DNA of 64,000 nt from an uncultured Chloroflexia bacterium. Lineage in GTDB: Bacteria > Chloroflexota > Limnocylindria > QHBO01. The position numbers and the translations under genes were made by a program. Position 1 is the first letter of the stretch. Each line of letters opens with the position of its first letter. Positions 11,502 through 23,849 of this stretch are shown here, one piece after another. The stretch lies in assembly GCA_963814375.1 (NCBI GenBank), contig CAWFCQ010000004.1, positions 320,001 to 384,000 on the forward strand, given 5' to 3'. A model generated the notes under the pieces. The model saw nothing but the letters and a program-made list of their open reading frames with translations. It made no database searches and had not been told where the DNA came from.

Positions 11502-12370
11502 CAGCCGCCGACGTCGCGGATGAGCCGATGCAGGACGCGGCCGGCCACGAGCCGCCGATAGTCGGCGGTGGAACGGACGTCGTCGATCGGGTTCAGCTCA
11601 CCGGAGAGCGCAGCGACCGCCGCATCCGCCGTCTCGCGCGTGGGTGACGAGCCGTCGAGCACGGCCTCGGTTGCTGGAGCCCGCACCGTCGTGGCCGCAA
11701 CCGAGCCGAGGGCGAGGCGCACGTCGGCCCACCCGCTGCCGCTGCCAGCCTCGGTCCAGGTCAGCGCCATGACGACCTTGCTGATCGCCTGCGCCCGTCG
11801 CGTGCCGACCTTGCGGAACCGGACCCGTCGTTCGGCGACCAGCGGGATGCGGACCCGGAGCAGCAGCTCGTCGTCGTGCCGCGCCGTGGTGCGATAGGCG
11901 GGCCAGAACTCCGCGGCGGGCACGGTCCGCTCGCCGCTCGCCGATCCCAGCACCATCTCGGCGTCGAGCGCGAGGAGCAGGGGCAGCGTGTCGCCGGCGG
12001 GCGACGCGTTGATCGCGTTCCCCCCGATCGTGCCGCGATTCTGAATCTGTGCGGCGCCGATGGTGGCGGCGGCCTCGGCCAACGCCGGGAGGAGCTCGGC
12101 GACCACCGGCGAGCCGCGGATCTCGGTGTACGTCGTCAGCGCCCCCAGGACCAGGCTCTCGCCCTCAGCCCGGATGCCGCGCAGCTCGTCGAGGGCCCAG
12201 ATGTCGAGGACCCGCGCCGGTGGCTCGCCGATCTCACCGGCGAGCTGCACCATCAGGTCCGTCCCGCCCGCAACCGGGCGCCATGGCGCGCCGGACGCAT
12301 CGGCCATGAGCGCGAGGGCCGCTTCCAGGCGGGTGGGGGACTCGGACGGCGGCTCGACCGCGTTCGGCAT
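11498..12370 (-). CDS. Xanthine dehydrogenase family FAD-binding subunit
   Basis: AGGTDL, QIQNRGTIGGN, ASPAGD, PIDDVRSTADYR. Confidence 0.92.
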   Translation of the reverse strand: MPNAVEPPSESPTRLEAALALMADASGAPWRPVAGGTDLMVQLAGEIGEPPARVLDIWALDELRGIRAEGESLVLGALTTYTEIRGSPVVAELLPALAEAAATIGAAQIQNRGTIGGNAINASPAGDTLPLLLALDAEMVLGSASGERTVPAAEFWPAYRTTARHDDELLLRVRIPLVAERRVRFRKVGTRRAQAISKVVMALTWTEAGSGSGWADVRLALGSVAATTVRAPATEAVLDGSSPTRETADAAVAALSGELNPIDDVRSTADYRRLVAGRVLHRLIRDVGGW

Positions 12371-12382
12371 CGGGGAAGAACG

Positions 12383-12536
12383 CTAGCCGCGCAGCCCGCG
12401 CAGGATGCGCAGGAGGACGAAGAGGCCGATCACGATGAGGATCAGCTGGCCCGGGTGTGAAGGCGAGGGTGATGTCCCTCTCGTCGAGAGCCTCCTGGAA
12501 CGTTGCGGTGCGGTCGCGGGGAATCTCGTCGGTCAT
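12383..12536 (-). CDS. Small single-TM protein (~50 aa, one extra base near 12452)
   Basis: MTDEIPRD...LAFTPG continuing as QLILIVIGLFVLLRILRGLRG*; ATGA overlap with the upstream gene. Confidence 0.55.
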
Positions 12537-12999
12537 GTACGTGGACCTCGTGCTGCAGCGAGGGCGATCGCATCGATGATCTTCGTGTAGCCGGTGCAGC
12601 GGCACAGGTTGCCCGCGATCGCCTCGCGGATGTTCTCCTCCGTCGGCTCGGCGCCGCTGCGCAGGAATGCGTCACCAGCGATCAGCATGCCGGGCGTGCA
12701 GATCCCGCATTGTGCGCCGCCGGTCTGGAGAAAGGCCTCCTGGAGAGCTCCGAGCTGGCCCGGAGGCGCAAGCCCCTCCACCGTCGTCACCGATGCGCCC
12801 CGCGCCTGGCTGACCGGCACGAGGCACGCATCCACCACGGCCCCGTCGAGGAGGACGCTGCACGCGCCGCATTCCCCTTCGCCGCAGCCCTCCTTGGTCC
12901 CGGTCAGTGCGAGATCCTCGCGCAGGACGTCGAGCAGGCGGCGTGTGCCGGTCACTTCGACCTCGACGGGGTCTCCGTTGACGGTGAAGGCGAAGCTCA

Positions 13000-13000
<1 letters not shown>
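12533..13000 (-). CDS. Xanthine dehydrogenase family (2Fe-2S) subunit
   Basis: GCGEGECGAC, QCGICTPG, NLCRCTGY. Confidence 0.95.
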
Positions 13001-15393
<2,393 letters not shown>

Positions 15394-15494
15394 TCACGCA
15401 TCGTACCGCCTCATCGGCAGCGCATTGACACGCTCACTACCCTGTGTCGAGCGACCGAGCACCGAGCGACCCGAGACCGACCACGGAGGAGCCC

Positions 15495-15973
15495 ATGGAC
15501 TGGCCAGCGAAGCTGTTCCTGTACCTGCACATCGCCGGAGTGATCATCGCCTTCGGCCCGACGATCGCCTTCCCCTTCATCAGCGCGCGAGCGGCCAAGG
15601 AGCCGATGCACGGCAACTTCGTGCTGCGCTCGTCGGAGTGGATCACCGCCCGCGTGGTCGAACCCGGGAGCGGTCTTCGTCTTTCTGATGGGCGTCGGGC
15701 TGATCGTGACCGGGCGCTACAGCCTCGTCGACGACCTGTGGGTCACGGTGTCGATCGTGCTGTTCCTCGTCACCCTCTCCTTCTCGTACTTCGTCCAGCT
15801 GCGCACGGTGCAGGAGATGATCGCGCTCACGAGCGGACCACCACCCGCCGGACGCGCCTCCCGGTCCGCCGCCAGGCTTCGCCGAGCTCGGCCGCCGCGC
15901 CGCGCGGGGCGGTATGTTCATGACCGTGATGCTCTTCGCGATCCTGTTCCTGATGGTCGTCAAGCCGTTCTGA
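15495..15973 (+). CDS. DUF2269-like membrane protein (frameshifted)
   Basis: LFLYLHIAGVIIAFGPT...ILFLMVVKPF across three frames; GGAGG RBS. Confidence 0.7.
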
Positions 15974-15982
15974 CGGATCGGA

Positions 15983-16386
15983 TCAGCGGCGCTCGCTGAT
16001 CTCGAGGAGATGACCATCGGGTCGCGGAAGAAGGCTCGGATCTCCCAGGCGGAGGTTGACGGCGGAGCGAGGAACTCCGCCCCGCGTGCCCGGAGCGTCT
16101 CGTAGGCGGCCATGCAGTCCGGGACGCGAAACGTCAGCTCGTGCGCGACGGTGTCCGGGTCCTCCGGGGCCGCGAAGGTGACCGTCGGCTTGTCGTCGGT
16201 CGGTTCGCCGCCGGTCACGAGGAGGAGCCAGAGGCCCTGGAGCTGCATCACCGCCGACGTCCCGCCGTACTGGCGATGATCGGTGGCGCCCAGGACCTCG
16301 CGATACCAGGTTCGAGCACGCTCGACGTCGCCGACGACCCGCAGCAGCGTGACCTCGACCTCCGGGGTTGGAAACGGTGCATCCAT
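15983..16386 (-). CDS. VOC/glyoxalase family protein (frameshift near 16018)
   Basis: VGDVERARTWYREVLG, RAFFRDP(D)GHLLEI. Confidence 0.82.
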
Positions 16387-16402
16387 CCGCGGATCGTAGA
16401 CC

Positions 16403-18010
16403 TCAGCGGCCGCCCCGGACGACTCGGCCGGGTCGTGCACCGGTGTGCTGGCCGCCCTCCACCACCACCTCGCCGGCGACGATGACCCACTCGATCCCGT
16501 CCGGGAACTGACGCGGGTCCTCGTAGGTCGCGTTCGAGCGGACGCGGGCGGGGTCGAAGACGACGAGATCGGCCACCATGCCATCGGCGATCCGCCCCCG
16601 GTCCGTCAGGCCAAGCCGGGCGGCGGGCGCGGACGTCATCGAGCGGACCGCTTCCTCGAGCGAGATGAGCGCCTCCTCGCGGACGAACTGGCCGAGCACC
16701 CGCGGGAACGAGCCGTAGGTGCGCGGGGAGGGCTTCTCGGCCACGAAGGTCGAGTCGGTGCCGATCATCCCGACCGGGTGGCGGATGAAGTCGCGCAACG
16801 ACTCCGTCCACGGACCAGGTGTCACCTGGTTGACACGCAGATCCTCCTCCAGCAGGAGGTCGCACAGAACGTCGACCGGGTCGGCGCCGCGCTCGTCGAT
16901 CACCTCGCCGAGCGTGCTGCCCTCCCAGCGCAGCAGCTCGGGGCGAGTGAAGGCCCCGAGGCGGACGTCGTGCCAGGCGCCCCGACCGGCGTAGAGGACA
17001 CCGCGCTCCGCCAGCTCGCGACGGATCCGGTCCCGGACCGATGCGTCCGCCAGGCGTTCCTTGGTCGGCATCGGTCCGCCCGCCTGGACCCAGGGCGGAA
17101 TCATGATGAGGAGGCGGGTGCTGGCCCACTCGTACGGGTAGGTGTCGTAGGTGACGTCGAGGCCTTCGGCACGGGCATCGTCGACGAGCGCCAGCATCGG
17201 CTCCGGCCCGCCGGGGAAGGTCTGCCGGTGGTAGAAGTGGGTGATGTGCGCGGGCCCCTCGCCGCGCCGGCCGATCTCGATCGCCTCGCGGAAGGGGTCG
17301 AGGTACCGATCGCCGAGCGCGTAGCGCACGTGGGTGTGATAGAAGCCGCCATGGAGCGCCGCCTCGTTCGTGAGCTGCGCCAGCTCATCGGTGCTCGCGT
17401 ACGCGCCGGGCGGATAGTCGAGCCCGGACGAGAGGCCGATGGCGCCCTGCTCCATCGCCTCGCGCAGCATGGCGCGCATGTCGCGGACCTGGGCCTCGGT
17501 TGCCTCGACCTCGTCCCACCCGACGGCCGCCATGCGCAGCGCGCTGTTCCCGACCAGCAGCGCCAGGTTGACCGATGGGCGCAGAGCGTCGAGGCGGTCG
17601 AGGTAGCTCTCGACGCTCGACCAGTCGAGCGGCTTCGCCTCCTCGGGGGCGCCGTCGAGGCCGGCGTTCATGTGCACGAGAGCCTCGAGGTCTCGAGCAT
17701 CCGGGATCGGCGCGTAGCTCAGCCCGTCGACCCCGATGACCTCGGTCGTGACGCCCTGCCGCACCTTCGGCTCGTGGGTCGGGTCGGCGAAGATCATCAG
17801 CCCCGAGTGACTGTGCAGGTCGATGAAGCCCGGGGCGACGACGAGGCCGCGGGCGTCGATCCGCCGGCCAGCCTCGGCCGTTTCCTCGGTCTCGCCGAAG
17901 GCGAGCTCGAGTCTTCCGGCTCGGACGCCGACCGCCGCCGCAAATCCGTCGGCACCCGTGCCGTCGACAACGGTGCCGTTCTCGATGATCAGGTCGTACG
18001 GCTCAGGCAC
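16403..18010 (-). CDS. N-acyl-D-amino-acid deacylase family amidohydrolase
   Basis: VAPGFIDLHSH, GLSSGLDYPPG, PRTYGSFPRVLG, MTSAPAARLGL. Confidence 0.9.
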   Translation of the reverse strand: MPEPYDLIIENGTVVDGTGADGFAAAVGVRAGRLELAFGETEETAEAGRRIDARGLVVAPGFIDLHSHSGLMIFADPTHEPKVRQGVTTEVIGVDGLSYAPIPDARDLEALVHMNAGLDGAPEEAKPLDWSSVESYLDRLDALRPSVNLALLVGNSALRMAAVGWDEVEATEAQVRDMRAMLREAMEQGAIGLSSGLDYPPGAYASTDELAQLTNEAALHGGFYHTHVRYALGDRYLDPFREAIEIGRRGEGPAHITHFYHRQTFPGGPEPMLALVDDARAEGLDVTYDTYPYEWASTRLLIMIPPWVQAGGPMPTKERLADASVRDRIRRELAERGVLYAGRGAWHDVRLGAFTRPELLRWEGSTLGEVIDERGADPVDVLCDLLLEEDLRVNQVTPGPWTESLRDFIRHPVGMIGTDSTFVAEKPSPRTYGSFPRVLGQFVREEALISLEEAVRSMTSAPAARLGLTDRGRIADGMVADLVVFDPARVRSNATYEDPRQFPDGIEWVIVAGEVVVEGGQHTGARPGRVVRGGR

Positions 18011-18016
18011 GCAAAG

Positions 18017-18502
18017 TCAGGCGGGCGGAGCCCAGCTCTGGAGCTCGACGGCATTGCCCTCCGGATCGGTGACGTAGCACCACGTGACGCGGCGACCATC
18101 CGCGGTGGTGAGCGTGACCACCTCACCGATGGGTCTGCCCCCGGCCGCAAAGACCTGCTCTCGGGCAGCCTCCACGTCGTCGACCGCGAAGGCGAGGTGG
18201 CCCCAGCCGGGGTGATCGATCGAGCGTCCCACCGCCTCGCCGGTCGAGGCGAAGGTGTAGATCTCCAGCGTCGGCCCGTTGTCACCGTACCCGGGCAGGC
18301 GCAGGTGGACTCCCTTCAGGGCGGCACCCGGGACGGCCGTGCCACGCTCGAGGTCCGCACTGGCGTAGTCGCGCTCGGGCGGCACGGGCACGCAGCCGAA
18401 GAGGCGCTGGTAGAAGTCGGCGAGGCTGCGCCAGTCACGCGCGATGAGATTCGTGTGGCCATATCGCGCGCCCGCGATGGTGGCCGAGGTTGCATCTGCC
18501 AT
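18017..18502 (-). CDS. VOC family protein
   Basis: HTNLIARD, GWGHLAFAVDD, YVTDPEGNAVEL. Confidence 0.88.
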   Translation of the reverse strand: MADATSATIAGARYGHTNLIARDWRSLADFYQRLFGCVPVPPERDYASADLERGTAVPGAALKGVHLRLPGYGDNGPTLEIYTFASTGEAVGRSIDHPGWGHLAFAVDDVEAAREQVFAAGGRPIGEVVTLTTADGRRVTWCYVTDPEGNAVELQSWAPPA

Positions 18503-18552
18503 GCGCCCATCCTAGGCCGTCTCCGGAGTCTCCAGAGTCCAGAATGCCGAGC

Positions 18553-19156
18553 ATGGATGAGCCGATGCGGATCGCCGCGCTGATCCTTGCCGCGGGCGAG
18601 TCCACGCCGCTTTGGATCTCAGAAGCAGCGTGCGCGGATCGGCGATCGCACGCTGCTCGAGGCGGTCATCGGCGTTGCGGCGCAGGCCGGCCTGAGTCCC
18701 ATCCTCGTGGTCGTCCCACCCCAGCTGCCCGTGCCCCCGCAGGTCGTCCCGGTCGTCAACACCAGGCCGTCCGAGGGCATCAGCCGATCGCTGCGGCTCG
18801 GCATCGGCGCGCTCCCGGCCGACATCGATGGTGCGGTGATCCTCCTTGGCGATCAGCCGACGTTGGCACCTGGGTCGATTCGGGCACTGCTCGCCGCAGC
18901 GACGCTGCGGCCCCTCGTTGCCGCACGAGCTGGAGGGGTCGTCGCCCCACCGGTGCTGATCAGACGCGAGGCATTCGGTCTCGTCGACGAGGCCAGCGGC
19001 GACATCGGCCTGGCGCCGATCATCGAGGCCAATCCGGAGCTCGTGACCATCGTCGAGATCGGCGAGCACGCGCCGGACATCGACACGCCCGAGGATCTGG
19101 AGGCAGTCGCGGAGACTAGAATCGCTCACATGTTCGATTCGGGCACGGACCGATGA
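18553..19156 (+). CDS. mocA: Molybdenum cofactor cytidylyltransferase-like nucleotidyltransferase (frameshift near 18605)
   Basis: ALILAAGES.RFG..K, GISRSLRLG, ILLGDQP, DIDTPEDL; close to the xdh-type genes. Confidence 0.78.
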
Positions 19157-20205
19157 CGATCGAGCGCATCACCGCGGTCGATGTGGCCCCGGACGAGCGC
19201 GCGCTCGAGACGACCGTCCGCCCGCGTCGCCTCGACGAGTTCGCCGGACAGGATCGGATCAAGGAGAACCTGGCGATCCTGATCGACGCTGCCCAGCATC
19301 GGTCCGACCCGGTCGATCACATCCTCCTGTACGGCCCTCCGGGACTGGGCAAGACCACGCTGGCGAACATCGTGGCGGCCGAGATGGGCGCCCAGATTCG
19401 GACCACGTCGGGCCCCGCCATCGAGCGGGCCGGCGACCTCGCCGCCGTCCTGACCAGCCTTGCGAGCGGCGACGTCCTCTTCATCGACGAGATCCATCGG
19501 CTCAGCCACGTCGTGGAGGAGATCCTCTATCCGGCGATGGAGGACTTCGCCCTCGACGTGGTCCTGGGCAAGGGCCCGGGTGCGCGGACGGTCAGGCTCC
19601 AGATCGAACAGGTGACCGTTATCGGCGCGACCACGCGGGTCGGCAGCATCACCGGCCCACTGCGCGACCGATTCGGCGTGACCTATCGGCTCGATTACTA
19701 CACCGATGCAGAGCTCGAGCGCATCCTCCGCCGATCCGCCGAGATCCTCGAGATCTCCCTCGCCGATGACGCCGCCGCGCTCGTCGCGCGCCGGTCGCGT
19801 GGCACGCCGCGCATCGCGAACCGCCTCCTGAAGCGGGTGCGCGACTACGCCCAGGTCCGCGGTGGGGGAGACGAGGCCGTCACGGCGACGCTCGCTGTTG
19901 ACGCGCTCTCCCTGCTCGAGATCGACGAGCGCGGGCTCGACGCGATGGACCGCCAGCTCCTGCGCGCGATCGCCGAGCACCATGGCGGAGGACCGGTCGG
20001 TCTCGCCACCATGGCGGCGACCGTCTCCGAACCGATCGAGACGATCGAGGACGTGGTCGAGCCCTACCTGATGCAGATCGGCTTCCTGGCGCGGACCCCA
20101 CGCGGGCGGCAGCTCACCACGTCCGGCTGGGAGCATCTCGGCCTCACCGCGCCGACGGCTGCGGGCGCCGGCCCCGTCGCCCAGCCCGGCCTCTTCGACG
20201 GCTGA
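19153..20205 (+). CDS. ruvB: Holliday junction branch migration ATPase RuvB
   Basis: GPPGLGKTTLA, FIDEIHRL, GATTR, RGTPRIANRLL, RTPRGR. Confidence 0.97.
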   Translation: MTIERITAVDVAPDERALETTVRPRRLDEFAGQDRIKENLAILIDAAQHRSDPVDHILLYGPPGLGKTTLANIVAAEMGAQIRTTSGPAIERAGDLAAVLTSLASGDVLFIDEIHRLSHVVEEILYPAMEDFALDVVLGKGPGARTVRLQIEQVTVIGATTRVGSITGPLRDRFGVTYRLDYYTDAELERILRRSAEILEISLADDAAALVARRSRGTPRIANRLLKRVRDYAQVRGGGDEAVTATLAVDALSLLEIDERGLDAMDRQLLRAIAEHHGGGPVGLATMAATVSEPIETIEDVVEPYLMQIGFLARTPRGRQLTTSGWEHLGLTAPTAAGAGPVAQPGLFDG

Positions 20206-20208
20206 TCG

Positions 20209-20424
20209 ATGAGCCCGGAGGTCGGGCGCATCGTGCTCGTCATCGGCCTCGTGCTGGTCGTCATTGGCGGATTGGCGGTTCTCGGCGTGCGGCTGCCGTT
20301 CGGGCGGCTGCCCGGTGACATCGCGATCGAAGGCGAGCGCGGCGGCATCTACATCCCGATTGCAACCATGATCGTCCTGAGCGTGATCCTCACGGTGGTG
20401 GTGAACCTCTTCTGGCGGCGCTGA
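20209..20424 (+). CDS. DUF2905 small membrane protein
   Basis: GRLPGDI motif; usual position after ruvB. Confidence 0.88.
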   Translation: MSPEVGRIVLVIGLVLVVIGGLAVLGVRLPFGRLPGDIAIEGERGGIYIPIATMIVLSVILTVVVNLFWRR

Positions 20425-20539
20425 GGCGCGCAGGGAATGCCGCCGTGACCGCCCCGTGGCGGAGTAGGCTGCGCGGCGGCACCGGTGCCCAACATGGTGT
20501 CGGGTCACGGGTGTGCCAAGGAGCGGAGGGTGAACCCGA

Positions 20540-21943
20540 GTGACGGCAACCGAGGTACCGCGGGGCGACGCGCCGCTGCCCCGCGAAGAGGCGCCGCCGA
20601 GCAGCGGAGGCGGATTCGACTCCTACTTCAAGCTCAGTGAGCGTGGGACGAACATCGGGACGGAGGTACGGGCCGGCATCACCACCTTCCTGGTGATGGC
20701 GTACATCATCTTCCTCAACCCGCTGATCCTCTCGAACATGTTCCCTGAGGGGGCGGAGCGCGACGCGTTCATCCCGGCGGCCAGCGCTGCCACAGCATTG
20801 CTGGCCGGCCTCCTGACCATCGTCATGGGGCTGGCGGCGAACTACCCGATCGCGCTTGCGGCGGGCCTGGGGATCAATGCCATCGTGGCCTTCACGCTCG
20901 TGCTCGGCCTCGGCCTGTCGCCGGCCGGCGCCATGGGCGTCATCGTGCTCGAGGGACTCATCGTCCTGGTGCTCGTGGTGGTGGGGCTGCGCGAGGCGAT
21001 CATGGACGCCGTGCCGCTCGCGCTGAAGCGGGCCATCGGCGTCGGCATCGGCCTCTTCATCCTCTTCATCGGTTTCGTGGATGGAGGGCTCATCGTTCCG
21101 GGCACGCCCATCGTGCAGTTCAGCTTCCCGGTCGAGCCAGCCGCCTGGGTGTTCGTTCTCGGGCTGGCGCTGACGATCGTGCTGTTCGTGCTGAAGGTGC
21201 CCGCAGCGCTCCTGATCAGCATCATCGTGATGTCGATCGTCGCCTACCTGCTGGGGCTGACACAGCTGCCAGAGAATCTCGACTTCGTGCCCGACTTCTC
21301 GACGCTGGGGCAGTTCAACGTGACCGAGGTCTGGAACCTCGGCGCCCTCGTGGCTGGGCTGACGATCTTCTCGATCATGCTCACCGACTTCTTCGACACG
21401 ATGGGCACGGCCACCGCGATCTCGGAGCAGGCTGGCCTCAGCACGCCTGACGGCAAGGTGCCCGGCATCAACCGGGTCCTCCTCGTCGACTCGTTCGCCG
21501 CTGCCGCTGGCGGCGCGGGCGGGATCAGCTCGAACACGAGCTACATCGAGAGTGCGGCGGGCGTGGCGGAGGGCGGCCGGACCGGCCTCACCTCGGTCAT
21601 CACCGGCATGCTCTTCCTGGTCGCCGTCCTCGTGACGCCACTCGCGACCATGGTGCCGTTCGCGGCAACCGGGCCGGTGCTCGTCGTCGTCGGCTACCTG
21701 ATGGCGACACTCATCAAGGACATCAACTTCGGCGACGTCGAGGAGGGCATCCCGGCGCTGCTGGGCATCACCCTCATGCCGCTGACCTACAACATCACGG
21801 TCGGCATCGGCGCAATGTTCGTCTCGTACGTCCTCATCAAGGTCGTGCGCGGCAAGTTCGGCGAGATCCACTGGCTGATGTGGGTGGTGGCGATCGCCTT
21901 CGCGATCTACTTCGCGCAGGCGTGGATCAACACGATCATCTGA
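20540..21943 (+). CDS. NCS2/AzgA family nucleobase permease
   Basis: EVRAGITTFLVMAYIIFLNP, FFDTMGT, YIESAAGVAEGGRTGLT. Confidence 0.93.
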   Translation: MTATEVPRGDAPLPREEAPPSSGGGFDSYFKLSERGTNIGTEVRAGITTFLVMAYIIFLNPLILSNMFPEGAERDAFIPAASAATALLAGLLTIVMGLAANYPIALAAGLGINAIVAFTLVLGLGLSPAGAMGVIVLEGLIVLVLVVVGLREAIMDAVPLALKRAIGVGIGLFILFIGFVDGGLIVPGTPIVQFSFPVEPAAWVFVLGLALTIVLFVLKVPAALLISIIVMSIVAYLLGLTQLPENLDFVPDFSTLGQFNVTEVWNLGALVAGLTIFSIMLTDFFDTMGTATAISEQAGLSTPDGKVPGINRVLLVDSFAAAAGGAGGISSNTSYIESAAGVAEGGRTGLTSVITGMLFLVAVLVTPLATMVPFAATGPVLVVVGYLMATLIKDINFGDVEEGIPALLGITLMPLTYNITVGIGAMFVSYVLIKVVRGKFGEIHWLMWVVAIAFAIYFAQAWINTII

Positions 21944-21980
21944 ACAAGCCGGCAGGCTGACCAGCCTGACCAGACCGATG

Positions 21981-22007
21981 CGCCCGGCCGGGCCCTCCGG
22001 CCGGGCG
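21981..22007. terminator. GC-rich hairpin between the permease and queA
   Basis: CGCCCGGCCGG-GCCCT-CCGGCCGGGCG perfect 11-bp stem; no real U-tail. Confidence 0.45.
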
Positions 22008-22021
22008 TTACCGTGTCCGGC

Positions 22022-23066
22022 GTGAGCGAGCCACGGCTGCGGGTCGACGACTTCGACTACGAGCTCCCGACCGATGCGATCGCGCAGACGCCCGCCGAGC
22101 CCCGCGATTCGTCGCGGCTGCTCGTGCTGCACCGGGCGTCGGGGCGCATCGAGCACGCCCGCTTCCGCGACCTCGGGCGCTGGCTTCACGCCGGCGACCT
22201 GCTCGTCGTCAACGACTCGCGCGTCATTCCGGCGCGCCTCGTCGGCGCTCGACCCGGCGGCGGTGCGGCGGAGGTGCTCGTCCTGCGGCCGCTCGAGGGC
22301 GACCCCGAGCGATGGGAGGCACTCGTTCGGCCGTCGCGCCGGCTCAGGGTCGGTGCCGTCGTCACGCTCCGGGGCGGCGAGCGCATCGAGGTGGGGGAGC
22401 GGCTGGGCGGTGGCACTCGCGCGATCCGGTTCGATGGCGACCCGCACGCGATCATGGCCGATGCCGGCGAGATGCCGCTTCCGCCGTACATCACCGACCG
22501 CTCGTCCCCGCCCGACCGGTACCAGACGGTCTATGCACAGCCTCCGGGGTCCGCGGCCGCCCCGACGGCGGGCCTGCACTTCACCCCGGAGATGCTCGGC
22601 TCCCTCGAGACCGCAGGCGTCGCGCGGGCGGCGGTCACGCTGCACGTCGGGCTCGACACGTTCCGGCCGCTGGAAGGGCGAGTTCGTGGACGAGCACCAG
22701 ATCCACCGAGAGTGGTACGAGATCCCGGATGCGACTCGAGAGGCGATCGCCGCGACGCGGCGCGTGGTCGCCGTGGGCACGACGGCTGTCCGCGTCCTCG
22801 AGACCGCGGCCATCGCCGGCGCGGGCTCGGGCTGGACCGATCTCTACATCACGCCGCCCCATCGGTTCGCCGCGGTCGACGCGCTCATCACGAACTTCCA
22901 CCTACCGCGCAGCTCGCTGCTGCTCCTCGTCACGGCCTTCGTGCAGGCTGGGATGTCATCGGCCACGCCGACGCAGGCGCGTGATCGGCTGCTATCGGCC
23001 TACCGCGTTGCGCTCGATGAGGGGTATCGGTTCTTCAGCTTCGGCGATGCGATGCTGATCGTTTAG
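22022..23066 (+). CDS. queA: S-adenosylmethionine:tRNA ribosyltransferase-isomerase (frameshift near 22676)
   Basis: DFDYELP, MPLPPYI, YQTVYA, AAPTAGLHF, VGTT, TNFHLP, YRFFSFGDAM. Confidence 0.95.
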
Positions 23067-23070
23067 GCGA

Positions 23071-23790
23071 TCAGCCCTGGTCGTCGGAGCGCGACGGGAT
23101 GGCGGCTCGCTCGTCGTCGGAGAGCTCGAGGATCTCCTCGCCCTCGCCGATGGGAACGGCGGTTGCGCTGGGCCCTTCGGCGGCCTCGGGCTTCCCGGGC
23201 TCCTCGGGCGACTCCGCGGTCTCCTCGACCGCCACCGGCCCGACGCCGTCCGAGCCCTCTTCGTCCTCCTCGCCGGCCTTCGGCGCCGGACCGTCGCCGG
23301 TGGGCGGGATCGGCCGTGGGCCGCCCGGGATGACGCCGGGGACGTCGGAGGAGACGCGGCCGGCGGGAACGCCGAACGGCTCGGCCATCACCGCGCAGAC
23401 GCGTGCCAGGTCGCAGAGGGCCTGCCCCAGGTCCGGAGACTCGGTGGCGGCCTCGAAATGCGGGTGGTGGAGGCGGAACGACCAGCGGGTGCGGTGCTCC
23501 CTGGCCCAGAGACGGAAGGTGTCGGCGCGGAGCTCGACGCCGCGCAGCACCTGCCACGGGTACATGAGCATCGCCAGGCGGTAGCGGGCGGATGATCCGA
23601 ATGGGGCGTATCGGTGATCGAGCAGGCCGACCTCGGTGGCGACCATGACGCGGCGCTCGTCGCCTTCCGTGCCGGCCTCGATGGCGTAGACCGCCAGGTC
23701 TTCCACGCCGAGGCTCGCGATCTCCAGCGCGATCCATTCCTTGACCTCGTCGTTCAGGAACGGCATGCGCGGCCACTCGGTCAGTCGCAC
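23071..23790 (-). CDS. Hypothetical protein with acidic low-complexity C-terminus
   Basis: ORF filling the queA-tgt gap; globular-looking N-terminal half; GGAGAGG upstream. Confidence 0.6.
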   Translation of the reverse strand: MRLTEWPRMPFLNDEVKEWIALEIASLGVEDLAVYAIEAGTEGDERRVMVATEVGLLDHRYAPFGSSARYRLAMLMYPWQVLRGVELRADTFRLWAREHRTRWSFRLHHPHFEAATESPDLGQALCDLARVCAVMAEPFGVPAGRVSSDVPGVIPGGPRPIPPTGDGPAPKAGEEDEEGSDGVGPVAVEETAESPEEPGKPEAAEGPSATAVPIGEGEEILELSDDERAAIPSRSDDQG

Positions 23791-23849
23791 CCTGCGGTCA
23801 CCTCTCCGTCGTGCACGTACCCTGTGCGCTCCACCTATCCTCTGGGGCG

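Noticed and set aside
20425-20540. Purine or preQ1 riboswitch before the NCS2 permease
   Set aside because: The conserved cores of these riboswitches are not visible.
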